A DNA stretch of 64,000 bases, from the NCBI GenBank assembly GCA_013239625.1, contig MU054187.1:11855893-11919892 (forward strand), given 5' to 3'. The DNA is from Lama guanicoe. Taxonomy: Eukaryota. This document shows positions 48,641-60,400 of the stretch, piece by piece. Both the position numbers and the translations under genes were made by a program. The notes below the pieces were generated by a model, which did no database searches, was not told the origin of the DNA, and was given only the letters and a program-made list of their open reading frames with translations. Numbering within the stretch: position 1 is the first letter of the stretch; every line of letters starts with the position of its first letter.

Positions 48641-49430
48641 CTGCTGCTGGCAGCCCCAGGCTGGCGTCTGGGCCCCGGATGTTAGGAGCCACTGCTGCCC
48701 CCTTGGTCATCTGAAGCCCTCTTTTCCTCCTGCCTCGGCTCAGAGTCTCTGTGACCTGGCCCCAGCCTTGCCTCTGGATCCTGGCATGCCAAGGCCTGGT
48801 CCGTGCCTTCCTGCCCAGCCCACAGAACCCCGGCCACCCCTCCAGCTAGGATGAGGGGCCAGGCACTGCCCCGAGCGCCCTTTGGATTTTCCATCCGCTG
48901 CTGTTGCTGCTTCTGGGGCACGAGGCATGTGTGTCCTCAGGGACAGATGTGGTTCCTGGGGCTGAGCTGTGACCCACACTGATGCAGGGCAAGTTCTTTG
49001 GGTACTTCTTGGCGGCTGCGAGTTCCCTGCCAGTGCCTCATGCTGCTCCTGGACGCTGCGCAACCCAGACCTGCACCACCACAAGCTCTACATGAAGGTG
49101 GCCAAGGCACCGCCTGCAGCAGTCCTGCCCGCATCCACACCTGCCAGTTCGATTCCTTCCTGGAGTCCACGTGCACCTACCTGGGCAGGAAGAGCTGTGA
49201 CCCTTTGGGGCCCCTGGCCTTCCTGGAGGCCAGCAAGCAGTTCCTGCAGATGAAGGGACAGCAGCCACCCCAGGACAGTGACTGCAGGCCCCAGAGTGGG
49301 GCCCTCCTACCCCAGCAACAATTCTGTGGAGCACCTGGTCATGGGCAACCACAGCTCCAGCGACGTGGCTGGTGACCCTGAGAACTGCCTCACCATCCTG
49401 ACCCAGGATGGGGGCGGTGATGCGCTCCAG
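48641..49430 (+). pseudogene. ADGRB1: ADGRB1 (BAI1) first coding exon, frameshifted and internally deleted
   Basis: Acceptor tctcttccag at 48,640; ATG 48,851 (MRGQA...). Pieces [90 protein letters not shown] occur in different frames and match recalled BAI1. Donor gtaagt at 49,431. Confidence 0.92.
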
Positions 49431-51854
49431 GTAAGTGACCGGTGGGGAGAGGCCAAGGGGGCAGCCCCCTGGGCAGAGGGTGAGGGAGAGGGTCTCCTCC
49501 TCCGGCCTGCCCTGGCCACCCATCCCTGAGGGCTCCCTTGGGGAAGTCAGTTGCACTGTGAGAATAGGGACCTGGGGTGCCTGCCTGTGGCCCCAGGACC
49601 GGGCGTGGGGCCAGCACATTGGGAGGTGCTTGCTGAGTGTTCAGGAAAGGATGGGTCTGGTTTCTCCCGGGATGAGGGAGCTTTTCATTTCTGGCTGGGG
49701 GAGGTCCCTCCTCTTGCAGGTAGGATGATTCTGATGGGCCAGTAGGCTGCTGTGGCCTGTGGCCAGGGTCTGCAGGGGCCTCCTGGGACTTGGGAGAAAA
49801 AATGAGAGTGGGCTGTCGGGAAGTGTGGTCAGGAGATGTCCTTTGGGGTTTGCACGTGTTGTGGCCGCACAAATCCTTACCGAGCAGCTAGTTAACCAGC
49901 GCCTCTGGAGTGTTCTGGTGCAGTGAAGGGGCACAAGGGAAGTCCTTTGTGTCCTGGAGCTGCCTTCCTGGTTGGGGGAGGGGGAAGGCGTTAACAGCCA
50001 AACACAAGAAGCAGGCGTCAGGTGAAGGGTGGGAAGTTCCCTGGTGTCGGAGTGTCCCTGCTGTGTGTCATTCAGAGTCAGTGGCTGTCTTGTTCAGGGT
50101 GCTGTGTTCAAGATTCTGGAAGAGATGTGAGCAAGCCCTGTGGGTCAGAGGCAAAGGCGGGGATACTTGTGTGCTGGGCGGGTCCCAGCAAGGAGGGGCT
50201 GGGGCACAGTCCACCTTTTTAGCAGTTTGGTTTCCTTGGTGAGAAGGCCACCCCTACAGGAGGACGTGAGCAGTGCGCTGGGACCCTGGCCGGGCCTCCA
50301 TGGCAGCAGGGAAGGTGGGGAGCCCCCCTTTGCAGAAAGCCCAGGATGTTGTAGGAGGCTGGAGCATTAGCCAGGGCAGAGAGAGCAGCAGGTGCCAGGT
50401 TAGGCTTTGGCGTTCATGCCGACTGGCCATCACAGGGCCAAGTGACGTGGTCCAGGGCCCTTGGCCTCTCCTGAGCCAGTGGCACTGATGGGTTCCACAG
50501 AATAGCCTCTGTAGAGGCACAGAATAAGCTAAGTGAGGTTACAAAAGAAGCTTATTATCCTGGACTTGTTTCTATTGACGGCCCAGGCAGAGGACCCCAG
50601 ATTAGAAGTGTCTGTGAAGCAGCGAGGTGCCGGAGAGGATCAGGAGAGGAGGGAAGAGGTGGCCAGAGCCCCGGGAAGGGGGTGCAGGTGTGGCATCCAG
50701 GAAACATCAGAAAAATCCCTGTCTCCCATCAGGGATCAGGGCCCCCAGGGCTCTTCAGGCTGGGCAAGGTGGAAGTCACTGTGACCTTGGCTGGGGCAGC
50801 TCCCCCTCATGGCATGCTGGCGGGAGTGGTCCTCAGCGGATAGGGAGGAGGTGAATGGAACAGACTATAGACGGGTTTGTCGGGGAGCAGAGATGCAGGA
50901 CAGTGGCTGGTTTTGGAGGTGGGAGGGTACAGGAGGACCAGGTGGGCAGTGGCCTGGCTGTACATCTTACCCGGCAACACCCCAGTGATCACCTGCTCCC
51001 TGAGCCTCAGTGTCTTTGCTGGCAAAATGCCACCTGCTTTGTGGGCTGCTGGGTCACAGCGGACATGATGGCCCTGGGTCCTGGCCCACACTGAAGCTGG
51101 TCTGTGTTAGCATCAGGGCAGGGAGTGTGCTGAGGAGAGACTGGATAGACCCAGTGGTGCAGAGCTCTCTGGAAAAGATCAAGAAGGCAGGGCTGGTGTG
51201 ACATGTGTGCTGTTGATGCTGCAGAAAGCTGGCCCAGTCGGGAGGAAGGAGCAGGGTCTGAGGGTTAGGGGTGGAGCTGATGAACTTGTGGATGCAAAGG
51301 ATGTGGGCATGGAGGAAGGAGGTGGGTGGGCCACTTCCAGATTCCTGGCTGAGGCTGAGGATGTCAGCCAAGGTGGTAAAGCAGTGGGAAGAATGGGCTG
51401 GGGAGGAAGATTCGGAGGTCAGAGTGGGCTTGGATGTGAGAGGCCCATGGGTCATCCTGTGGGAATGTCGTTGGAGGACGGAGTTTTGGGACCTAGTGCC
51501 CCAGGATAGGACTAGGTCAGGTTCAGATCCCAGCCTGGCACACACACAGTGGGTGTCCCTGTGCCCAACCCATCAGCTCTTCCATCCCCTCAGACCCCTT
51601 GTCTTTGAAACTGAAAGAGTAAAAACATCTTTTTCCTTGATTGTCATGAGGAATGAGAACTGGGGTGAAACTGTTTCTAAGCAATGTTACTGATGAAAAG
51701 TCGCCTGTATCTTTGTTCATTATCTGGTAGGGAATCTGGAGGGCTGGGGCAGGAAGAGGGAGGTTAGGAGATGGGGTTGGGTATCATGGCCGTGCACAGA
51801 GATTCTGAGAATGGGAATGCTGGGGAGTGGTGCTGGAAGGGGTCGGGCAGAACT

Positions 51855-52190
51855 GTGCCTGTGTGTGTGTGTGCATGTACTTGTGCTTCTGCATCCATGA
51901 GTGTGTACGTGTGCTGTGTGTTGTGCGAGCATGTCTGTCTTCACGCATCCATGTTCACAAGTACTGTGCGTGCGTGTGTACATGGCATGTGTGTGGCATT
52001 CACACGTGCATTGCCAGCATATATTGTGTGCACAAGGGATGTGTGTGCATGTGTGCAGTACATGGGGCATGTGTGTGCAGTCATGCCTGTCCCCTTCTAG
52101 CAAGTCAGTATGTGTGCATTGCATTTTTCCGTGCATGTGTGTGAGCGTGGGAGGTACTTGCGTCCACTGTGTATGAGTGTGTGTGTAGGC
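51855..52190. repeat. Degenerate (TG)-rich low-complexity tract
   Basis: Direct reading; a similar short tract lies at 52,995-53,046. Confidence 0.85.
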
Positions 52191-54329
52191 CGATTTCAGT
52201 AGTCGTGACAAAGCGCGTGTCAAGGCTGTGTGGCAGGGCTGGGGGCCTTAGGGGAAGACAGCTTGCAGGGCCTGAGGGCTGGGGCAGCCACACTGTGAAG
52301 CGGGGAGCTCGGCTGCAGGACAGAACACGGTCACCCAGGCCCAGGGTCAGCTCAGACCCCCATGTGCGTGCCCGGGACTCCGAAGGCCTTGATGCTCTGA
52401 GACCTTGGGAATGAAAATCATCTTGGTGGTGGTGACAGCAGCTGTGTCTGAGTGTCGACATCCTTTGTGCAGGAAGCACCACCTCTCAACCAGTTCACTC
52501 CTCCCAGCAGCCTGGGGATTGGCTCCCCAGCCAGGTGGCCACCTGCGCAGGGCCTTTGCACGGGCTGTTCCCCAGGCTGGAACACTCTTCCCCACATGCC
52601 CACAGGGCCCCTTCCCTCAGCTTGCTTGTGCCCTGGCCGCCCTTACCCCCTGACCATGCTGCTTCAAGTGGCAGCAGCCCCAGCCACACTCTCACCATAT
52701 CCCGTGTCTTTTTCTCTTCCCACATGGCATCGCCTATGAACACTGGATAATTCGTGTGTCCTTACTTTCTGTCCTTCCACGATGTATCCCTCAACATGGC
52801 GGGGGAGTTTGCCCTGCTGGCTGATGAAACCGGTACACAGCAGACCCTGCATTAATACTTATGTAGTGGAATGAGGCACAGAGAGGTTAAACAGCAGTCA
52901 AGGTCACACAGCTTGTAAGGGGGAGACAGAGGGCAGAGCTTGTCAGCTGGTAGTCCCACCTGGGGTGTCTCCTACACAGCACTCTACTGGGAGAGTGTGT
53001 GAGTGTGTGTGTGCACACGCGCACGTGCGTGCACATGCATGTGTGTCAGGGTGGGGTGGCACGCAGACCAGAGAGGTCCAGCAGTCATTCAGAAGACACA
53101 CAGCTGAGCTAGCAGGTGCTTGTCCCAGTTCTTGCTGTCTGAGCCTGTGCCAGGGATCTTCGCCCCTCACACTGCCTAGGGGAGGCTGTGTCACCTGTGT
53201 CCCTCCATCACCAGCCAAGCTGGGAGTCAGCAGGAGGCCCAGGCCAACACATGGCCTCTTTTCAGCTCTGCCACCACCCAGCCTGTCGAAATGCCACATG
53301 ACATCTGTCTGGCAAGTGTTTCTCGGGCCAGAACAACTGTTCCCTCTCCTCTACCTCCTCCCCTGCCTGGCGGCCCCTCTGCAGCTACCCTCCCACTCCC
53401 CTGGGCTCTCAGCTCCATGTCCCTCTCTCTCTCATGGTAGTGTTCTGTGCATTTTCCTACCCCTGGCCAGATGGGCCAAATCAGGACCCATGGGGGCTGG
53501 GGTGGACAGGACTGGGGACTGGGTGGGGGAATTCAGAGAGCTGTCCTGTTCCGTGTGGTCCTCATTTGCAAATCCATGCGGGGGCTGAGGAGGAACTCCT
53601 ATGCCCCAGGACAAGCCCTAACTTCAGAGGTCCTGGAGCTCACCCTGGATGCCTGGGGAACTGGCCTGGTGGGCAAGGGCAGGGCAGGAATGGACAGGGG
53701 CTGACCCACTGCCTCTGCTGCCCCACCTGCTGGGCTGGGAAGAGCTCTACCCAGGAAGCAGGAAGGCCTAGCAGGATGCCGGCCTCTCCTAGGGCCCTCA
53801 TCCCAGCCTTCTGGGGCCACAGGGGCCAGGGAGACCACAGTCTCCAGGCTCGTGAGCCAGGGTGGAAGGAGGCTGGGAGCCCCCTCACCATGTGCCCTCT
53901 CTCCTGGGTGGCCAAGGCTGCCTGGCCGCCATTAATTGGCTCTATTCATCCTGTAATGAGATGGAAATGAGGCTTCCAGACAGAGGGGACATTGAGCCAG
54001 GGAAGAATGGCTGCTTCCTTCTGGGCCTGGAGGGGCAGCCCACCCCCCAGCCTTGCCCACTCCTCTGCCACCTCCTCATAGCTCACCCAGCCCAGGAGCC
54101 CTGTGGCCACCCAGCAAAAGGGGTCCTGAGAGTCTCTGCCCAGCACTGCGGGTCCCAGGAGTCCTTGTGGGGACTCCCCCAGTTGTGGATGCATTGGTCT
54201 GGATAACATTTGTCAGGGGACAACTGTGAGTGGGACACACGTTAAAGATACAACAACGATAACAGAAATAGAAGCCGCCGCTCGCTGAGTGCCCCTCCGT
54301 GGTGGGAGCGCGGCCAAGGTCGGGGGGCA

Positions 54330-54540
54330 ATCTGTGACTTGGATCAGGGCTCAGTATGAGATGGGGAGCAGCCACCACTCGCTGAGTGTACCTCTGTGAT
54401 GGAAACACAGCCAAGGTTGGGGTGCAGTCTGTGACCTGGATCAGGACTTGTCTGTGATGGGGGCCAGGCACACTGTGTCCAGGATCAGAAGTCAGTCTGT
54501 GATGCAGATCAAGGCTCAGTGTGTGACCAGGGTCATGTCT
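54330..54540. repeat. Degenerate ~21-23-bp minisatellite (tcagtctgtgaYYnggatcagg-like)
   Basis: Recurrent ctgtga...gatcag motif, about 8-9 units. Confidence 0.6.
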
Positions 54541-56794
54541 AGGCCTGGAGGGCTGTCTGTCCTCTGAGCCAATGGCCCCCTGCCTGGGCTCTCCTGATCT
54601 GACCCCTCCTCTCCACCCCCTGCTCCCACCACATCCTCACCACCTGGGCACCGAGGTAACCAGCCCTGAAATAATGGGTGTTTTAGCATCTGAGGCCTTA
54701 CCTGAATCTATCCTGAAAGGCTGAGCTCTGCAGTAGTTGCCATGGGAACCAAGTGACATCCTCTTTCTCCCACCCACTGCCAGTTTCCATGTCACTCAGG
54801 CTTCCACTTGGGACCTGGGCTGGGGCAGCAAGGGGGGATGGGCAGGATGTGCCCACCCTGGCCTTGCTACCAGTCCTGTCTCCTGGACCCCAGGCCTCTG
54901 TCTCTTTGTCTCAGTGTGATGGGATGGGATGGCTCAGCAGGGGAGACCACTGAGGTCTAGAGTGCCGGGGGGGGGGGCCTGTGGTCAGTTTTGGCAGGCA
55001 GCCTTAGTCTGAGGGCCAGCGAGCAGAGCACTTGGAATCTGATCCAGGGTTTGATCCCTGCTCCTCTCCTTGTCAGCCTGGTGGATAACTTGGGCTCTCT
55101 GTATCCGCCAAATGGGCGTGGTCATGGGGCTGTTGTGGTCACCCGAGTGAGGTGGCAGCGATGAAGGCCCGATGTCTGGGCAGCCTCGGCTGTCATACAT
55201 TCAGAGCCGCTCACCTGCCCTGTCCCAAGGGCATAGAGGCAGTCCTGTGGCTCCCCGCCTTCCCTCAGGCCCTGGTCTGCTCCCCTTCTCCTGCACCTCC
55301 AGGGCCCTTGCACGACATTCCCAGTTCAAAGTGAAATCCTATTTGTGCGGTATTCTTGAGACCCTGGCTTCACCTGTCTTCTGAGACCTGGGTCTCCACA
55401 CTGTCTCCAGGGCAGACCCTCCTGGCTGTCTGGTCCACGCCTCTTTGAGCCTCAGTTGTCCCAGCTGTACATGGGGTGAGCATTTGGTTCCTGGATGGCC
55501 TGAGACTCAAGGCTTCTGTGTACTGAGGTGACCAGCACAGAGCAGGTGCAGGGGGGTCAGGAATCCCTTGCTCCCCAGAGAGCCAACTTTGAGGGGAGCA
55601 ACCTTCCTTGAAGTGTGTGGGGCCTAGTCCCACTTGGCCCCCTCCTCAATGGGGGACGGGAAGCAGGGCATCGCTTCCTGTGGGCAGCCTCGCGTCTTCC
55701 CATCTGAACAATGAGAGCAGAGGCCTCCCTTGTGGGATCACAAGGCATCATGCAGACCCAGGACGGGGCTCAGAGCCAGCCCTTAGGCCCCCCAGAGTCA
55801 GGATCCATCCAGAGCTCAGCCCTGCTCCTGCCCTGCGGCCCTCCCTGGCAAGTCCTCCCTGGGCCTCTGCTGCACAGCTGGGAGTTCAGGGGTCAAGCAA
55901 GGTGCAAGTCCACCCCAGTAATGTTGGAGCCACCCCTCCTACCCGTCCCTTGTGTGGCAGAGGGGCTCTGCCTCTGGGTCCAGGGGAAAGTGAGACCCAT
56001 GGGAGGGTGGGGTCTGTGAGAGGAGAGAAGTTTCTGCAAGGGGGTGGGGGGTGTGGAATTCTTCATTGCCACATAACTCAGCAGGGAGAAGGAGCCCTGC
56101 CTTCCAAATTGGGTTGAGTTAGGGGTGTCCCTTCCTAGTGTCCAGTTCATTCATCAGGCCCCCCCTTGATGATCAGTTCCTCACCCAAGTGCATGTCCTG
56201 GTCCCTTTAACAACCTTGTCTCATCGCTGTCCCTGGTTTCCTTGGAGAGGGCAGTGAGGGGGCAGGCCAAGGTGGGGCACGTGGAAGGGTGTCCAGCTCA
56301 CTGTTAGAGGCGGCCAGTTCCCAGCCCAATTTCTCCCGTGCTGGCTGAAGGGCAGTGTTGGCTGCTGCTGGGCCAGTGGTGGCCCTGGTGTCTAGGGGGG
56401 AGGGGCGGGGTTCTGTGTTGTAGGACCGTCACAGACATGTGCTTGAGGGTCAGGATACACTGGTGTGGCAGGGGCATCTGGGTGTGGGGAGCTTTCCCAG
56501 GTGGAGTTCAGGGCACAGGAGTCTCCTGCGGGGCTGTGTCCAGCTGCGTCTTGTCCCTGTGTTTTCCCAGCCCTGTGGGCCCCCCATGTGTCAGTGGTGG
56601 GGGCATGCAGTCGTATGAGCGGGGTGTTCACAAGTGACTTGAGGGTCAGGGGTGGGCCTGACAGGGTAGGCAGCGAGTGTGGACAGCCCTGAGCTCACGG
56701 GATCTGCTGGACAGGCAGGGAATAGTGCAGGGCAGCTCTGGGAGGATGCCTGCCCTGGTGTGGGGTGTGCAGGGCGGCTGCGGGGCGCTGGGAG

Positions 56795-56885
56795 TGGTAA
56801 TGGTGGTGGTGATGGTGATGGTGCTGGTGGTAATGGTGCTGGTGGTGGTTTCAGTGAGAGCCATGATGGTTGAGGCTGTGGTGAC
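56795..56885. repeat. (GGT/GAT)n degenerate triplet repeat
   Basis: Direct reading. Confidence 0.85.
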
Positions 56886-56929
56886 AGTTAAAGTGGTATT
56901 AGGGATGGTCTCAGCAATTGGGGGGAAAT

Positions 56930-57460
56930 TGTCATTGAGTCCAAATTCGTTCTACTCGCCACACGACAGGCCAGTAAATGGGGAGATGAGGTGTTAGGGC
57001 AAGGAATAGTGACTGTATTTGGAAAACCAGCAGACTGAGGGTGGTGGACTAATGTCTTGGAGAACCATTCTGCTCGAGTCAGAATGCAGGCTCCTTGTAT
57101 ACAAAAAAAAAAAAAAAAAATTGGATGGGGTGTGGTTCGTTGTTGCAAACTTCTTGCTGTAGGAATTCTTTGTTCTTGCATTCGTCCATGTGGGTCAGGC
57201 CGTGGTGTTCCTGTAAACCTGCAACAAAACAAAGATTATTCTCTATTTTGTAATTTGCCAGCCCTCCATAAGTGCAGAAGTGCTGATATCCTTAAAGGTC
57301 AGAGCTGAAGAATAGGCTCTCCTGTCTATTTCAGGCTTAAAAACAACATTGTTTTCCAAAAAGTGCAGAGCTGGCAAGACTAAGCCTAGAAAACAGGGCA
57401 CAGTGTTTAAAACTAAAGGAACAGACCAATATAGAGTTAGATTTGATCTCCTCTGTTGCA
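56930..57460 (-). mobile_element. Full-length ERV1-type solo LTR
   Basis: TG...CA termini; imperfect TSD aaat/atat; same family as 14,530-15,182; AT-rich island within a GC-rich block. Confidence 0.8.
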
Positions 57461-60400
57461 ATATGAAGCCCCCCATCCTCATGAGAACCAGGACACACCT
57501 GGGGCAGTTAATGAGGCAGAGTAAGTGAGGGGCCTGGGTGGGAGGGCAGAGGGGAGAGCTCACGGGGCCACACAGTCTGGGAAGGTATCTTGGAGGAGAC
57601 AGAGCTGGGTTGGTGAGGGTGGAGAGGTTTGGGATCTACTGGAGCCCATGCAGGTGCCCAGCACCCTGCACCCAGCACGGAGCCTGACAGGGCAGAGTGA
57701 GTGACCTATCGGCTTGAATTCCAGCTGCACCAGTGGATGGAGCGTGATGGGGTGTGGATGTCGGGGCTGGCCCCATAGCTGGCATGAGCACATGAGCAGG
57801 TGGCAGGCCGGACAGATCTGGGTCAGAGGTGCACCAGGTGAAGGTCTGAGTGAGGGTCAAATGGCTCAGGCAGGGGTGCAGGCCTCTGAGCTGGGCGTAG
57901 TCGGCAGGTGCCCTGGAATTGGCGTGACCCTGGCACCCCCAGTGCAGATGACTTCCTTGCAGGGCTGGGGAGCTCAGGGGCCCTCCTTCTGCAGGTGCCC
58001 TGGGCCTCTGGCCCTGTTCAGGTGGGTAGGTTGGGTCTGGTGAAGAACCACTAGACCCTGAGAATAGCCAGGTTTCCAGCCTTGGGGCAGGCCTGTGGCT
58101 GGAAGCTCTGACTCAGAGTATGGCCAGTGCCATGTAGGAGCCAGGAGATTGGCATCCTGGGCTACGTGAGAAGCCTTCGAGGTCCTGGTCGTGGACCTGT
58201 GGATGCTAGGTGAGCCTTAGATATTGTTAGTGCCTGGAGAGCCCGCCCCCCATGGGCAGGGACACAGGCCTGAGGGTGCATGGCTCTCACTCAGCAGCTT
58301 ACTCAGCAAGACCGAAGTCAGGCAGATCTCCATCCCCCAGGGTCCCCTCGGGTCGCAAGCATTGCCCCCAGCCCCTCAAAAGAGAGGACATGGCACTGAT
58401 CTGGGGAAGCAGACATGGGCCTGCCCGGGGATGGGGGTTCTGACAGGCTAGTGGTCAGATGGGAGCTGGGCACAGAGTGGGAGTTTGAGGAGGCTTCCAG
58501 GAGATGGCAGTGCCTTGGGAGAGCCCTGAAGGATGAAGCTGAGTCAGCCAGGGGGCAGGAGGGAATGTGCTCAGAGGGAACGGCCAAGATGAAGGCCTGG
58601 AGGCAGGACAGGGCGCCTGTGTTCTCAGTCACCAGCGGCTCCATCCCAGCTGGCGTGTGTGGGCAGGGCCACCGGGGCTGAAGGGGGACTTGAGAGTCCT
58701 GATGAGCTCCAGCTGTTGGGGGAGGTGGGGCCCAGGCAGGGAGCCCCAGCACAGCAGCCAGGTAGGACCTGTTGGAGGAGCCAGGTGCGGTGCTCAGGAA
58801 CTCACAGCTTATCCAGGTGGGTTCCCTGGAGGAGGCAACCCAGCACAAGCCTTGGTCTGTGGGTCAGAAGGCGATAGGCAGAGGTGGGAGGTTGGCACTC
58901 TGGACTTGAGAAGCGTGATTTGGTGGGGCTTGTACCTGGCATGCGTGCTTTTGGGAACACAAAGGCCCAGCTGAGGAGTTTTGAGGGGCTCCTAGAAGCT
59001 CCTGCCTAGAGAGACACCTTGCCCACTCCCTGTTCCCTCAGTGGGGCTAGCTGCGCCCACCCTGGCTTCTTTGTGCTGTGTGGGAGGACACATATGAGTC
59101 CTTCCCACTCCAGTGTGAATTAGCCCATCAAACCCCAGGGGACCCTGATGCCCACAGTCCTGTAATAACGCCTGCTTCGTGGGCCTGCAGGAGGCATCCT
59201 GTATGCCGAGAAGGCCCAGGCTCAGTGGGCGGGCAGGTAGGCTGTGCTCCCAACACATCCTCTGTATTACTGTCTGCTGATCTCCCATGAGCGTTCCATG
59301 CCCTGTGCTGAGTCCTGTATCCCTGTTGTCTCCCTGAACAGCACACAGGGCGAAGATGTGTGCCTACTTCACAGGGGAGGCAGCTCGGCCGAGTGGCCAG
59401 CAGTGGCCTCGGCTGTCCAGTTCCTCCTCATGGGGCTGGGCTGAACCACCAGGGAGCTCTGCAGGGAGAAGGATGGCAGGGGAGCTGCAGGCTCGGCCTC
59501 CTCCCAGTCTCTGACACACCGGGGCCTCAGGGGAGGTACCCTGGGGGACATTCTGAGCTGGATGGGGGCCAGGCTACTCCCCTCTGGCAGCAGGTGATAG
59601 GAGCCAGGCTGCCTTCTCTGAGCGAACTCACCTGGGACACCAGGATAAGGCTGTAGCCCTGCACAGGGGCTGAAGTCGGAATGAGGCAGGTCTCCGAGGG
59701 CGGAGTTGCAGGGAGCTGGGGTTCTCTGTCTAAGTGTGGCTGGACGAGTGTACTCGAGGTGGGTAGTGGGGAGGGTCAGGGAAGGTGGGTCAGTCCCTGG
59801 GGACTATGGGGGTCCCTGAGGGTAGCATGACCTTTGCTCTGAGTGAGGATGGAGCAGCAGGAAGGTTTTGAGCAGAGCATGTGTCCTGGCATATTTCCAA
59901 TGATGGCACTGTGCTGAGGACAGGCAGAGGGAGGCAGGGCGGAGGCTGGCAGTGGGTCCCACCAGGGTGGTGGCCACGGAATGGAAAACAGCAGCGAGGG
60001 TCTCAGTGCATTTTGACATGAAGGCTGGTTGCTGATGGGTGTGTGGGTATGAGAGGGAGGGAGGGGGAAAGGTTCCTGGAGGTTGCCGCCAGGTTGGAGG
60101 GGCAGAGAGGGGCCATGCTGCCCGGCCACGGGGCTTCGCTTGTCCCCCCATAGCAAGTATTCGCTGGACACTCTGCCCCTACTGGGGTGCAGGCAGCGGG
60201 GTAAGCAAGCCAGGTTCCGGTCCCACCCTTCCAGAGTGGGACGCCAGCAGGAACATAAGGCCATCATGTAATGGGAGAACTGGACAGAGGTTCGAGGACA
60301 TACAGGTGGTGTGCAGCTGGCAGGTGTGCAGGCCTCAGACAGCCACCGGAGAGGCAGCTACCATGGCAGTGACTGGCCTAACACGCTCTCAAGGACAACT

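Noticed and set aside
54330..54540. Regularly spaced short repeats as a CRISPR-like array
   Set aside because: Mammalian DNA, degenerate units, no unique spacers and no cas genes; a minisatellite.
56740..56800. Weak resemblance to the ADGRB1 thrombospondin-repeat exon (tgcctgccc...ggcggctgc)
   Set aside because: No WxxWxxC motif or matching splice sites; likely chance in GC-rich sequence.
60154..60205. Possible short exon (cccatag...GGG/gtaagc)
   Set aside because: Splice-like ends only; peptide not recognised and no supporting neighbours.
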